In this document: positions 13,104 to 24,600 of the stretch, one piece after another
Layout of the letters: each line of letters starts with the position of its first letter
How positions within the stretch are numbered: position 1 is the first letter of the stretch
Assembly: GCA_964016885.1 (NCBI GenBank)
Contig: OZ024743.1
Location: 371,566,001 to 371,630,000, forward strand
Reading direction: 5' to 3'
Origin: Eledone cirrhosa
Lineage: Eukaryota
DNA length: 64,000 bases
Translations under genes and position numbers: made by a program
The notes under the pieces: model-generated
The model's database searches: none
The model's input: the letters and a program-made list of their open reading frames with translations, nothing else
What the model was told of the DNA's origin: nothing

Positions 13104-13591
13104 ATGAGTAAAATAAAAAAGGTTGCCAGTTTTACTGTATTTTGTAATGATTATAAAAATCGACTGACAACAGCTTATCCTTTTCTGACGTTGGATCAAA
13201 TACAGCAGAAACTAAGAGAAAAGTGGAATGATCTAAGCCCTTCAGAAAAGAAATACTACTGCAAGGCTGTACTGTATCACCCAACAGCAAAGAGCAGCTC
13301 AAAAAAAAAGTTCTGCAAACAAAAGAGAAGCAAACCAACTAAACAAGAGAATAACAATCAACACCACAATTTAAAAGAACTGAATCTTCATGATGGTGAT
13401 TTATCTGGATCATCTGATGAAAATGATGACTGGATTTTCACAGTTTCCAGCCCAATTGAAGAATCGTCTTCTACATCATTTCAAAGAATTAATACAAAGA
13501 GATACATGGATTCCAGATTGCAGTCTAACTATTCTGTTCCAGTGGTAGTTGATGAAACTCCTTTTGTACAGCAGGGGATCTTAAAGAAAAG
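13104..13591 (+). CDS. HMG-box protein, first identified coding exon (exon starts at 13094)
   Basis: Acceptor tttcag at 13093, ATG at 13104. [44 protein letters not shown] fits the HMG-box pattern (F..F, P, I.K.L...W..LS..EK..Y). Donor AG|GTAATT, phase 2. Confidence 0.85.
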
Positions 13592-14047
13592 GTAATTAGT
13601 CCCTCATTTATTCAACTACTTCAAAAACCAAGTTACTCTCCATTGTATTAAGCTAAATTTTATCATGCTCCAAAGTAGAGTTCAACTGGTGAAAGCAATG
13701 GACCTGTTTCAAACGTGTTAGATCTTATCAGTAAAGCATATTCACCTCAGTTGGCTAAGCTGAGAACATCAAGCATTTTAAGGCCATTTTCCCTGAAAAA
13801 GCAAAGGTAGCTTACCAGGCTCTTTGATAAGCCTCTCCATTTCCCCTATCATCTGCATCCACACTCACCAACTTTCATTTCCTCCCCCATTTTTAGCCAT
13901 GGCTTTCTTGGTTTTCCCCTTCAACTTTCTTCTACATTCATTTCCATCACTCCTCTCATCCAGTCACTTTCATCCTTCCTCAGCTCATGATTCAACCACC
14001 TCATTCTATTTCTCTTCACAACATTTATCATTGGCTATATTCCTCTC

Positions 14048-14320
14048 ATCTAGAGTTGCTGAAGCATGGAACAAACTGCCTGTGTCAGTTGTTAGCTGCC
14101 GAGACACTGCATCCTTTAAAACCCTCATGCTTCCCGAAATTCGGCAAAACTACACCTGATGTCCCCCTTCCATTCACATGCACACGTGTATATTATGCAT
14201 GACTCATGCACTGTTCATTTTCCTGACGTTTGTTCATTACCCTATGTACTATACATACACTTTTGATGAGTTGTAGTGCACCTGAGCACTGTACACAATA
14301 TTTTCATTATTATTATTATC
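14048..14320 (+). mobile_element. CR1-type LINE 3' end fragment with (ATT)n tail
   Basis: RVAEAWNKLPVSVVSC, nearly identical to 34730-34780; ends CCTGAGCACTGTACACAATA..(ATT)n. Confidence 0.8.
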
Positions 14321-14491
14321 TAGTCACTTTCATCCTTCTTCAGCACATGACCCAACCATCTCATTCCATTCATCACTGGTTTTATTTCTCATCATCCTCT
14401 GTAATTCATGTTTTTCTTCCTACCTTTCAGTGATATTCCTCATCCACAAGACCATTCTCAGGATCAGATATCTTTACCACATAAACTTGTA

Positions 14492-14785
14492 CAGTAGAAC
14501 CTTGGTTCACGAATGCCTCTCATGACAAATAATTTTTCTGAACATAAAACACCTCAGTTCACGAATGCTGTCTCAATTAATGATGCAAGCCAGCAACAAA
14601 CTTGGAGTATCAGCAGGAAAGCATCACTTACTGTGTAGTTAGTTACTATGGTGATATCTATCTGTCTTTCACACACAGTCTCTCTCTCAACATTTTGTAT
14701 GAGAAAAATAGTTTCGGTTTACAAACATTTTGGGTGACAAACGGCCTTCAGGAATGAATTAAGTTCATGAACCGAGGTTCCACTG
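14492..14785. mobile_element. Tc1/pogo (Tigger-like) MITE
   Basis: TIRs CAGTAGAACCTTGGTTCACGAA / TTCATGAACCGAGGTTCCACTG, flanked by TA on both sides. Confidence 0.8.
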
Positions 14786-15539
14786 TACTTCTGTCCCTAT
14801 CTTCCTCTTACCATCCTCACACCACTTTCCTCCATCTTGTCCCCTGCACACAACATATGGCCACTCTTCATATATATCCAGTTTAAAATAGGTACACTAA
14901 TTCTCCACATGTCATAAGAGGCAAATAAAAAAGTTGACACCAGGAAAGGCCATCAAACATTGTCTCAAAAAGGACCTTAAGACAAGTTGGTTAGGCTTAG
15001 AAGTGATTAAATATATAGAGAGATAATGGAAAAATAGTGATGCTGATTATGATTATGCTTATGAACAATGGGACAGAAGGAATATGCCTTTTGGGAGTGT
15101 TCTGTAGTGTGCCTGAGCACTGTACACAATAATTTCATTATTATTATATATATATATTTAGTAGTGTAGTTAATACAAAGCCTTGTGAGATATGTAGTAA
15201 AAGACCAATATTTTTTTTAGAAGCCATAAAATGAAGTAGAAAAATACGAATGGCAAATGATGACAAATGAAACAAAAAGTAATGTTTTACCCAGGGTATT
15301 TTAGCATATTTCAGGGCTATTTCCCTCTTTTCCGGTGCGAAGCTGAAACAGTCCAAGACAAAACAAAACAAGCAATCAAAGTTTTCTTCTCTAACTGGTC
15401 TAGGTGTTTTCAAAACACATGCAGTAACTATTCTGCCTTGTACATTTCTGATATATCATTTAGTCCTGGTTTTATTCAGCTGATGAAAATGGCCTCTTTA
15501 ATCCTTAAATTGTCTATATTCTTTCTAGTCACCTTTATG

Positions 15540-15880
15540 GAGACCTCAATGTCTTGGCTGCAGCAGCTGTCATTGTAACATGTTCCTTTACCTGTAAATG
15601 TAGCCTCTTTATGGTACTTCCAATGTATGAGGAATCTGGACCTTATTTTCCTTTCTACATACTATAACTTTAGTCTTAGACAAGTTAACTTTAAGACCTT
15701 TTCATTCTAAGCCATGCTTCCAGATTTGGAATTTCTTCTCTAGTTTTGCCATAGTTTCAGCTATGAGAGTTGGATCATCTGCATATAGAAGTTCCCATAG
15801 GCAGCCAGTCTTAAACTCTTCTGTTATAGCCTATAGGGAAATAATAAACAGGAGAAGCCTAAGGATGAAGCCCTGATGCA
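15540..15880 (-). mobile_element. RTE LINE RT fragment
   Basis: Similar to 10180-10460 (EEFKTGCLWELLYADD). Confidence 0.75.
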
Positions 15881-15900
15881 CACACACACACGCACATATA

Positions 15901-16432
15901 TATAGGAAAAAGAAGTTGAAAATGCAATTGGAGTCCAAGATGGTTTATATATATATAAACGGAAATGTCTGGCTGTATGCAGGCGACGCATTTCCACAGT
16001 TTCCATCCGATTTTGTTCAAATTTGATTCGCAGGTTATTTAGCTCCCAGAGCATGTCAGCATATGGTGTAAATCTTTCTCTCCCCTAAAATAGCAGAGTT
16101 CAGGTGCTATTTAAAGATGGCCTTGTTGATGAGAGAGGGGGGTCTTTATTTTCAGTGGCGAAAGGTGTGCCCAGCAACAACGGGCTCTTTTGCTAGTTTC
16201 CGATAAATTAAAACATTACTAGTTTCATGACTTTCAAAAGTTAAGAGAGATGAAGAGAAATGTGGCTATGCTGGCTTGTAAATGTGAGTTACAAGTCGGC
16301 ATAGCCTCACATCTCTCCATATCTCTTAACCTTTGAAAATCATGAAACTTGTGAAATTGATTATTGTTATAAATTATTGTAAATAAACCTTCTTGAAAGC
16401 TCTAATTGCATTTTCAACTTGTTTTTCCTATA
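15901..16432. mobile_element. Fold-back (palindromic) MITE interrupted by a Helitron-like insert
   Basis: TATAGGAAAAAGAAGTTGAAAATGCAATT...AATTGCATTTTCAACTTGTTTTTCCTATA termini; internal hairpin at 16221-16349. Confidence 0.7.
15947..16196 (+). mobile_element. Short non-autonomous Helitron-like element
   Basis: 5' TATATATAAA..TGTCTG; 3' GCCCAGCAACAACGGGC hairpin followed by CTAG|T. Confidence 0.6.
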
Positions 16433-16487
16433 TTATTACCTGTGTGGGATATATTAAAAAACCTTACTTTCGAATATACATATATAT

Positions 16488-18080
16488 ATCATCATCATCA
16501 TCAACATCACTGTTTTACGTCCGTTCTTCCACGCTAGCATGGATTAGACGGGTTGCCTTGTGGACACTGTTAGCTCTGGTGACCATGTCTTGCTCATACG
16601 GGAACTGATTTTGGCCTCATTTCTACAGCTGGATGCCCTTCCTCACACAAACCTCATTTACAATGAGTGCTGCGTGCTTTTTTGTTGTGACACCTGCACG
16701 ACCACTTTGCTGTGGGAGGGGATGGGGGCATATTGTCTATATGCTTCAGCTTCGGCTTGTTACCATGGGCAGTCGGGTCTTCTGTATTACTGCATGACGC
16801 CAGAGGTTGTGGTCTTGTGTCATCGCCATTGAGAGGTGAAATTGGGCAAGGTCTGCTTTTATCACCTCGTCCCAGGTCTTCTTGGGTCTCCCCACTCCAT
16901 GGCTCCCATCAACTTTTCGTGCTCTGCACCTTTTTATGCAGCTGTCATCCTTCATACGCATCACATGTCCATACCAACGCAACCTCCTCTCCCGCACACA
17001 GCATTTGATTCCTCTTATGCTCAGTCTCTCTCTCAATTCGTTTATGCTTTGCCGTTCACGTATATTACTATTACTCATCCATCAGAGCATGCAGGCTTCG
17101 TTTCTCTCTAATCTACACAAGTCTTCTACACACAGCGCCCAGGTTTCACTACCATGTAACATTGCTGTTCGTATGCACGCATCATACAGTCAGCCTTTCA
17201 TTTTGAGGGAAAAGCCTTTTGCAGCTAGCAGTGGCAGTAGCTCCCTGAACTTCTTCCATCCCGTTCTTACCCTGGTTACTGTACTTTCAGAACACCTACC
17301 TCCGCTGCTAATTTGGTCACCTAGGTGGCAGAAGCTGTCCACTGTTTCTCCAGAGCCTTCCCAGAGTTTGGTAATGCTTGTTTCCTGTGGCTGTTTGCTG
17401 CTTACTGTCCCAGTGCAGCTGCTACATGTGAAGCCTACATTCTTGGCTAAGCTTCCTGAGATCCCACTAAATCTCTTGTGTACCCATAGTTTGCATCTGG
17501 GGCAGAGGATGGAATTCCTACCTACACCTTTCCTACATACTGAGCAAGGCCATTTTCCTGAGGGGATCTGGGTTCTGTTTTCTCGTCTACTTACAAGGAC
17601 CTTAGTCATAGTCAGGTTGAGTTTGAGACCCTTTCTTTCTAGTCCCTGCTTCCATGTTTGGAATTTCTTCTTTAGTTCTACCATAGATTCAGCTATAAGT
17701 GTAAGATCATCCGCATACAGAAGTTCCCATGGATATCTGGTCTTAAACTCTTCTGTTATAGCCTGCAATAAACAGGAGAGGGCTAAGAACAGAGCCTTGG
17801 TGGACACCGACCTGTGTGCTAAATTTCTCGCTATAGTCATTGTTAACCCTAACTTTGCTGACTGCTCCACTATACAAGCCATTCATCTACTCCTAGAGCC
17901 CACCAGATTATAGCACGGGGCACTCTGTCGAAGGCTTTTTCCAGATCGACAAATGCCTGTTAGAGCGGTTTAGTTTTAGCTAGGTACTTTTCCTGTAACT
18001 GCCTCACAAGGAAGAGAGAATCAGTAGTGCTTTTTTCTGGCACAAACCCAAACTCTTATCTAGTTTTACCCGGTCCCTAA
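16488..18080 (-). mobile_element. RTE LINE (subfamily A), 5'-truncated
   Basis: (CAT)n tail, LLYADD, WPCSVCRKGVG finger, RRLRWYGHV. Confidence 0.9.
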
Positions 18081-18407
18081 TATATATAAATATATAGTAA
18101 TAAGGGTTTAGATCAGTATGTGATGATTTCAATTTCGTTGCTTACAATTTGCTCAACAAATCCGTTTGGAGCACAATCATAGGATGAATTGTAAGGCAAC
18201 ATTCCCAGCCAGGAGCCCCTGCCATAAAGGAGAGGGGAATTATTAATTTAACAGCTTATCATATGAAAACGTTGAAGTACTCACAATTTCTGTCATTTGA
18301 AATGGCCATTCCAGTATCTTCTTTGTTTAGCACATAAAATTGCCAGAATACAAAAATACACATATTTGCCTGAACAGTAAAGAGAATCTGCTACTCATTG
18401 TTATATA

Positions 18408-19072
18408 TCATCATCGTTTAATGTCTATCTTCCACACTAGCATGGGTTAGACGGGAATTGTCTCACTTGAAGCAAGATTGGTCAGGTGACTGTATTTTGC
18501 TCATATAGGACTGCCTGGCAGGTTTTCTATGGCTGGATGCCCTTCCTAACACCAACCACATTTACAGTGTGGACTGGGAGGTTTTTATCGTGTTACCTAC
18601 ATGGCCACATTACAGCGTTGACTGTGTGTTTTTTTTTGTTTTGACACCTACACGACCTCATTAGTTTGGACTGGATGTTGTGGTAACAACATAACTTTAC
18701 AGAGAAAGGGTGATGTTGGCGGGAGTGGGAGGATGGAGTTGGGTAGTGGGTTGGGGTGTATATTTGGTTAAGACTGACTGTAGATTCACTTTGAACATAG
18801 GCAAGGTGGGACTTCTGTATTACTGCGTAGTGCCAAAGATCTCGGTCCAGTGACATTATCTTAGAGAGGTGTAAGCGTGTAAGGTTGGAATTTATCAAAT
18901 CGTCCCAGTTTTTTTCTGGGTCTACCTACTCCGTAACTTCCATCAATTTTGATCGCCCTGCACTTTTTTATACAGCTGTCATCTTTCATCCGCATCACGT
19001 GACCATACCAACGTAGTCTTCTCTTAAGTAAATAGCATCTGATCCCTCTTATTCCTAATTTCTCACTTAGTT
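18408..19072 (-). mobile_element. RTE LINE 3' fragment (subfamily A)
   Basis: Nearly collinear with 9070-9695. Confidence 0.85.
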
Positions 19073-19073
19073 C

Positions 19074-19749
19074 AAAAGTCTGTGATTGCTTGTCTGTAAT
19101 GTAATACAGCCAAAAAGGTGCATAATGGGAAAATACTTTGAAAGGAAGTTGCCCCTGAAATGGGAATACAAATGGAATAAGACAATTTTGCGTAAATCGG
19201 ACCACGGGTTCCCGAGATATGGGGTTTTTCCGGGTACCTTCATAAACAAAGAAAGAGAAATGTATATACACACATATATATTTATATATACACACACGTA
19301 TATATATGGGCCTTCCAGTTTCATTTCACATTATATACATGTCTGTGTACATTTTAATTATTTAAAAATTATTTTTAAGTGACCCAATGGGTCACGGGTG
19401 GTCTAGTATACTACAAAAACTCTGTGATTGCTTGCTTGTCTGTAATGTAATATAGCCAAAAGGGCACATAATGGGAAAATACTTTGAAACAACGTTGCCC
19501 CTGAAATAGGAATACAAATGAAATAAAACAAGTTTTGTGTAAATCGAAGCATGGGTTCCCGAGATATGGGGTTTTCTGTGTATCTTCATAAACTGAGAGA
19601 GAGAAAGAGATAGTGGTTATGCGAGAGTAGATTGAAAGAGAGAGACATAGAGAGAGGGAGAGGAGACAGAGAAGGAAAATGGAAGAGAGAGAGCTGGTGA
19701 TGGTGTTGTGTGTGTCTATGACCAGTGTATATAGATCACAGACACCCAC

Positions 19750-19780
<31 letters not shown>

Positions 19781-19998
19781 TATGTATACACACACGCATA
19801 TATATATATATACATACACATATATATATATATACATACACATACGTATATATATATATATGGGCCTTCCAGTTTCATTTCACATTAAATATTTTAATTA
19901 TGTGAATATTTTAATTATTTAAACATTATTTTTAAGTGAACATGATTATTAAGAAATATTTAGATGTGAACGTGACCCAACGGGTCACGGGTGGCCTA
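19074..19998 (+). mobile_element. Two head-to-tail non-autonomous Helitron-like units (about 19074-19406 and 19407-19998)
   Basis: Duplicated 5' block (CTGTGATTGCTTGTCTGTAATGTAAT...); both units end in a GTGACCCAA(T/C)GGGTCAC hairpin plus CTAG/CTAA. Confidence 0.65.
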
Positions 19999-20165
19999 AT
20001 ATAAGTCAAACATAGAAGATATATATATATATAGTGAGAGAGAAAGAACCATATATCCAGAGAAAATACAATATATTGAACATTTACTAAATACATATGG
20101 AGAAGAACATTCCATCTTGAATAAGATGGAATCAAGAGACCTTATGGCATATATATATATATATA

Positions 20166-21040
20166 TCATCATCATCATCATCATTTTATGTCTGCTTTTC
20201 CCTGCTTGCAAGGGAGGGATGGGTCCTATTCAGCACAGCATCTCTCCACTTGTCACGGTCCTTCGTCATCTCCTCTGTGAGCTTCAACGATCTGAGGTCT
20301 GCTCTCACCACCTCCACACACGTTTTCTGTGGTCTTCCTCTACTGCGTCTTCCTTCTACTGGGATTTCTTGGCACTTCTTCACCCAGCGGTTATCCTCCA
20401 TGTGTATCACATGTCCATACCATCTCAGCCTTCTCTCCCGCACACCACAACTTATCCCTCTTATACACAGTTTCTCTCTCAACTCATCTATGCTTGGTCA
20501 TTCACGCACATTGACATTGCACATCCAACGGAGCATGCTTGCTTCATTTCTCTCCAGCCGTCGCATATCCTCTGTAGTTGCTGCCCATGCCTCACTACCA
20601 TGCAGCATTGTGCATTTCACACAGGCATCATATAACCGGCCTTTCGTATGCAGGGAGAAACCCTTCTTTGTCAACAGAGGAAGCAGCTCCCTAAACTTCT
20701 TCCAACCCGTCCTTATTCTAGGTACTATGGCCTCGGAACACCCCTCTCCCATGCTAATCTGATCACCTAGGTACCGGAAGCTATCCACCACTTCTATAGA
20801 ACCCGCCTGCATTGGAAAGTGCGTCTATCACTGTGATTACTACTGTCAAATTTCCCTGTACATCTACTGCATACGTATTTCTCCCTACCTGTTAGTTTGC
20901 CTGCTATCTCACTACATCTCTTGTGTACCCAAGATCTGCATTGTGTACATTTTATAGAATTTATGCCAGTTCCTTTTCTACATATCGAACATGGCCATTT
21001 CCCTGATGAAATCAGAGTTTTGTCCTCTTTTCTGTATATT
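20166..21040 (-). mobile_element. RTE LINE (short-3'UTR subfamily B), 5'-truncated
   Basis: KWPCSICRKGTG, RLYDACV, KWRDAVLNRTHPSLASREKQT* followed directly by an (ATG)n tail. Confidence 0.9.
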
Positions 21041-21224
21041 GTTATCTTTGGGAGGGTCATGCTGCCAATAAAACCACAGGCACCTGTTGGTTTTCACTTC
21101 AATTTATTACAAATTTCCAGTTGGTTGGTTTAATAACCAGATGGTTGTTTATTTATTGTAAAAGCTTTTTTGTCATACATTCTGTGACCTCCTCAGTGAC
21201 TAATTTGTTCTGCCCTATAATTCA

Positions 21225-21625
21225 TCAACATCATTGTTTTTACATCCGCTTTTCCACGTTTGAATGGGTTGGATGGGTCCTTCTCAGCACAGCATCACTC
21301 CACTCGCTGTGTACCTTCAGCATCTCCATTGTAGGTTTCAGCAATTTGAGTTCTGCTCTCACCACCTCTGCCCAGACCTTTCTTGGTCTCTTTCTACTGT
21401 GGCTTCCTTCCACTGGGATCTCTTAGCACTTCTTCACCCAACTATCATTGTCCATGCGCTTTGACCACGAAAAACATGGGCAGAGGTGGTGAGAGCAGAT
21501 CTCAGATCGCTGAAGCTCACGGTGGAGATGACGAAGGACCGTGACAAATGGAGAAATGCTGTGCTGAATAGGACTCATCCCACACTTGCAAGCAGGGAAA
21601 TGTGGACGTAAAATGATGATGATGA
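21225..21625. mobile_element. Two inverted RTE-B 3' fragments (21225-21460 minus, 21462-21625 plus)
   Basis: Both match the 3' end of 48560-48750, in opposite orientations. Confidence 0.75.
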
Positions 21626-24600
21626 GGGTGCTCCGAAGCCATAGTATCTAGCATAAGGACAAGATAGAAGCGGTTTAGGGAGTTGCTTCTTCTGTTGACA
21701 ATGATGAGTTTCTCCCTGTGAACGAAAGGTCAGTTGTATGATGCCTGTGTGAGATGTGTGATGCTGCAAGAGCAGTTGTATGATGCCTGTGTGAGATGTG
21801 TGATGCTGCAAGAGCAGTTGTATGATGCCTGTGTGAGATGTGTGATGCTGCAAGGTCAGTTGTATGATGCCTGTGTGAGATGTGTGATGCTGCAAGAGCA
21901 GTTGTATGATGCCTGTGTGAGATGTGTGATGCTGCAAGGTCAGTTGTATGATGCCTGTGTGAGATGTGTGATGCTGCAAGAGCAGTTGTATGATGCCTGT
22001 GTGAGATGTGTGATGCTGCAAGAGCAGTTGTATGATGCCTGTGTGAGATGTGTGATGCTGCAAGAGCAGTTGTATGATGCCTGTGTGAGATGTGTGATGC
22101 TGCAAGAGCAGTTGTATGATGCCTGTGTGAGATGTGTGATGCTGCAAGGTCAGTTGTATGATGCCTGTGTGAGATGTGTGATGCTGCAAGAGCAGTTGTA
22201 TGATGCCTGTGTGAGATGTGTGATGCTGCAAGGTCAGTTGTATGATGCCTGTGTGAGATGTGTGATGCTGCAAGGTCAGTTGTATGATGCCTGTGTGAGA
22301 TGTGTGATGCTGCAAGGTCAGTTGTATGATGCCTGTGTGAGATGTGTGATGCTGCAAGGTCAGTTGTATGATGCCTGTGTGAGATGTGTGATGCTGCAAG
22401 GTCAGTTGTATGATGCCTGTGTGAGATGTGTGATGCTGCAAGGGCAGTTGTATGATGCCTGTGTGAGATGTGTGATGCTGCAAGAGCAGTTGTATGATGC
22501 CTGTGTGAGATGTGTGATGCTGCAAGAGCAGTTGTATGATGCCTGTGTGAGATGTGTGATGCTGCAAGAGCAGTTGTATGATGCCTGTGTGAGATGTGTG
22601 ATGCTGCAAGGTCAGTTGTATGATGCCTGTGTGAGATGTGTGATGCTGCAAGAGCAGTTGTATGATGCCTGTGTGAGATGTGTGATGCTGCAAGGTCAGT
22701 TGTATGATGCCTGTGTGAGATGTGTGATGCTGCAAGGTCAGTTGTATGATGCCTGTGTGAGATGTGTGATGCTGCAAGGTCAGTTGTATGATGCCTGTGT
22801 GAGATGTGTGATGCTGCAAGGTCAGTTGTATGATGCCTGTGTGAGATGTGTGATGCTGCAAGGGCAGTTGTATGATGCCTGTGTGAGATGTGTGATGCTG
22901 CAAGGGCAGTTGTATGATGCCTGTGTGAGATGTGTGATGCTGCAAGAGCAGTTGTATGATGCCTGTGTGAGATGTGTGATGCTGCAAGGTCAGTTGTATG
23001 ATGCCTGTGTGAGATGTGTGATGCTGCAAGGTCAGTTGTATGATGCCTGTGTGAGATGTGTGATGCTGCAAGGTCAGTTGTATGATGCCTGTGTGAGATG
23101 TGTGATGCTGCAAGGGCAGTTGTATGATGCCTGTGTGAGATGTGTGATGCTGCAAGGGCAGTTGTATGATGCCTGTGTGAGATGTGTGATGCTGCAAGAG
23201 CAGTTGTATGATGCCTGTGTGAGATGTGTGATGCTGCAAGGTCAGTTGTATGATGCCTGTGTGAGATGTGTGATGCTGCAAGGTCAGTTGTATGATGCCT
23301 GTGTGAGATGTGTGATGCTGCAAGGTCAGTTGTATGATGCCTGTGTGAGATGTGTGATGCTGCAAGGTCAGTTGTATGATGCCTGTGTGAGATGTGTGAT
23401 GCTGCAAGGGCAGTTGTATGATGCCTGTGTGAGATGTGTGATGCTGCAAGAGCAGTTGTATGATGCCTGTGTGAGATGTGTGATGCTGCAAGAGCAGTTG
23501 TATGATGCCTGTGTGAGATGTGTGATGCTGCAAGAGCAGTTGTATGATGCCTGTGTGAGATGTGTGATGCTGCAAGAGCAGTTGTATGATGCCTGTGTGA
23601 GATGTGTGATGCTGCAAGGTCAGTTGTATGATGCCTGTGTGAGATGTGTGATGCTGCAAGAGCAGTTGTATGATGCCTGTGTGAGATGTGTGATGCTGCA
23701 AGGTCAGTTGTATGATGCCTGTGTGAGATGTGTGATGCTGCAAGGTCAGTTGTATGATGCCTGTGTGAGATGTGTGATGCTGCAAGGTCAGTTGTATGAT
23801 GCCTGTGTGAGATGTGTGATGCTGCAAGGTCAGTTGTATGATGCCTGTGTGAGATGTGTGATGCTGCAAGGTCAGTTGTATGATGCCTGTGTGAGATGTG
23901 TGATGCTGCAAGGTCAGTTGTATGATGCCTGTGTGAGATGTGTGATGCTGCAAGGTCAGTTGTATGATGCCTGTGTGAGATGTGTGATGCTGCAAGGTCA
24001 GTTGTATGATGCCTGTGTGAGATGTGTGATGCTGCAAGAGCAGTTGTATGATGCCTGTGTGAGATGTGTGATGCTGCAAGAGCAGTTGTATGATGCCTGT
24101 GTGAGATGTGTGATGCTGCAAGAGCAGTTGTATGATGCCTGTGTGAGATGTGTGATGCTGCAAGGGCAGTTGTATGATGCCTGTGTGAGATGTGTGATGC
24201 TGCAATGTCAGTTGTATGATGCCTGTGTGAGATGTGTGATGCTGCAAGAGCAGTTGTATGATGCCTGTGTGAGATGTGTGATGCTGCAAGGTCAGTTGTA
24301 TGATGCCTGTGTGAGATGTGTGATGCTGCAAGGTCAGTTGTATGATGCCTGTGTGAGATGTGTGATGCTGCAAGGTCAGTTGTATGATGCCTGTGTGAGA
24401 TGTGTGATGCTGCAAGAGCAGTTGTATGATGCCTGTGTGAGATGTTTGATGCTGCAAGAGCAGTTGTATGATGCCTGTGTGAGATGTGTGATGCTGCAAG
24501 AGCAGTTGTATGATGCCTGTGTGAGATGTGTGATGCTGCAAGGTCAGTTGTATGATGCCTGTGTGAGATGTGTGATGCTGCAAGAGCAGTTGTATGATGC

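Noticed and set aside
16882-17913. Long antisense ORFs over RTE, CRE and Tx1 copies (also 585-1463 and 48157-48807)
   Set aside because: Shadow frames of retrotransposon coding sequence with no independent evidence.
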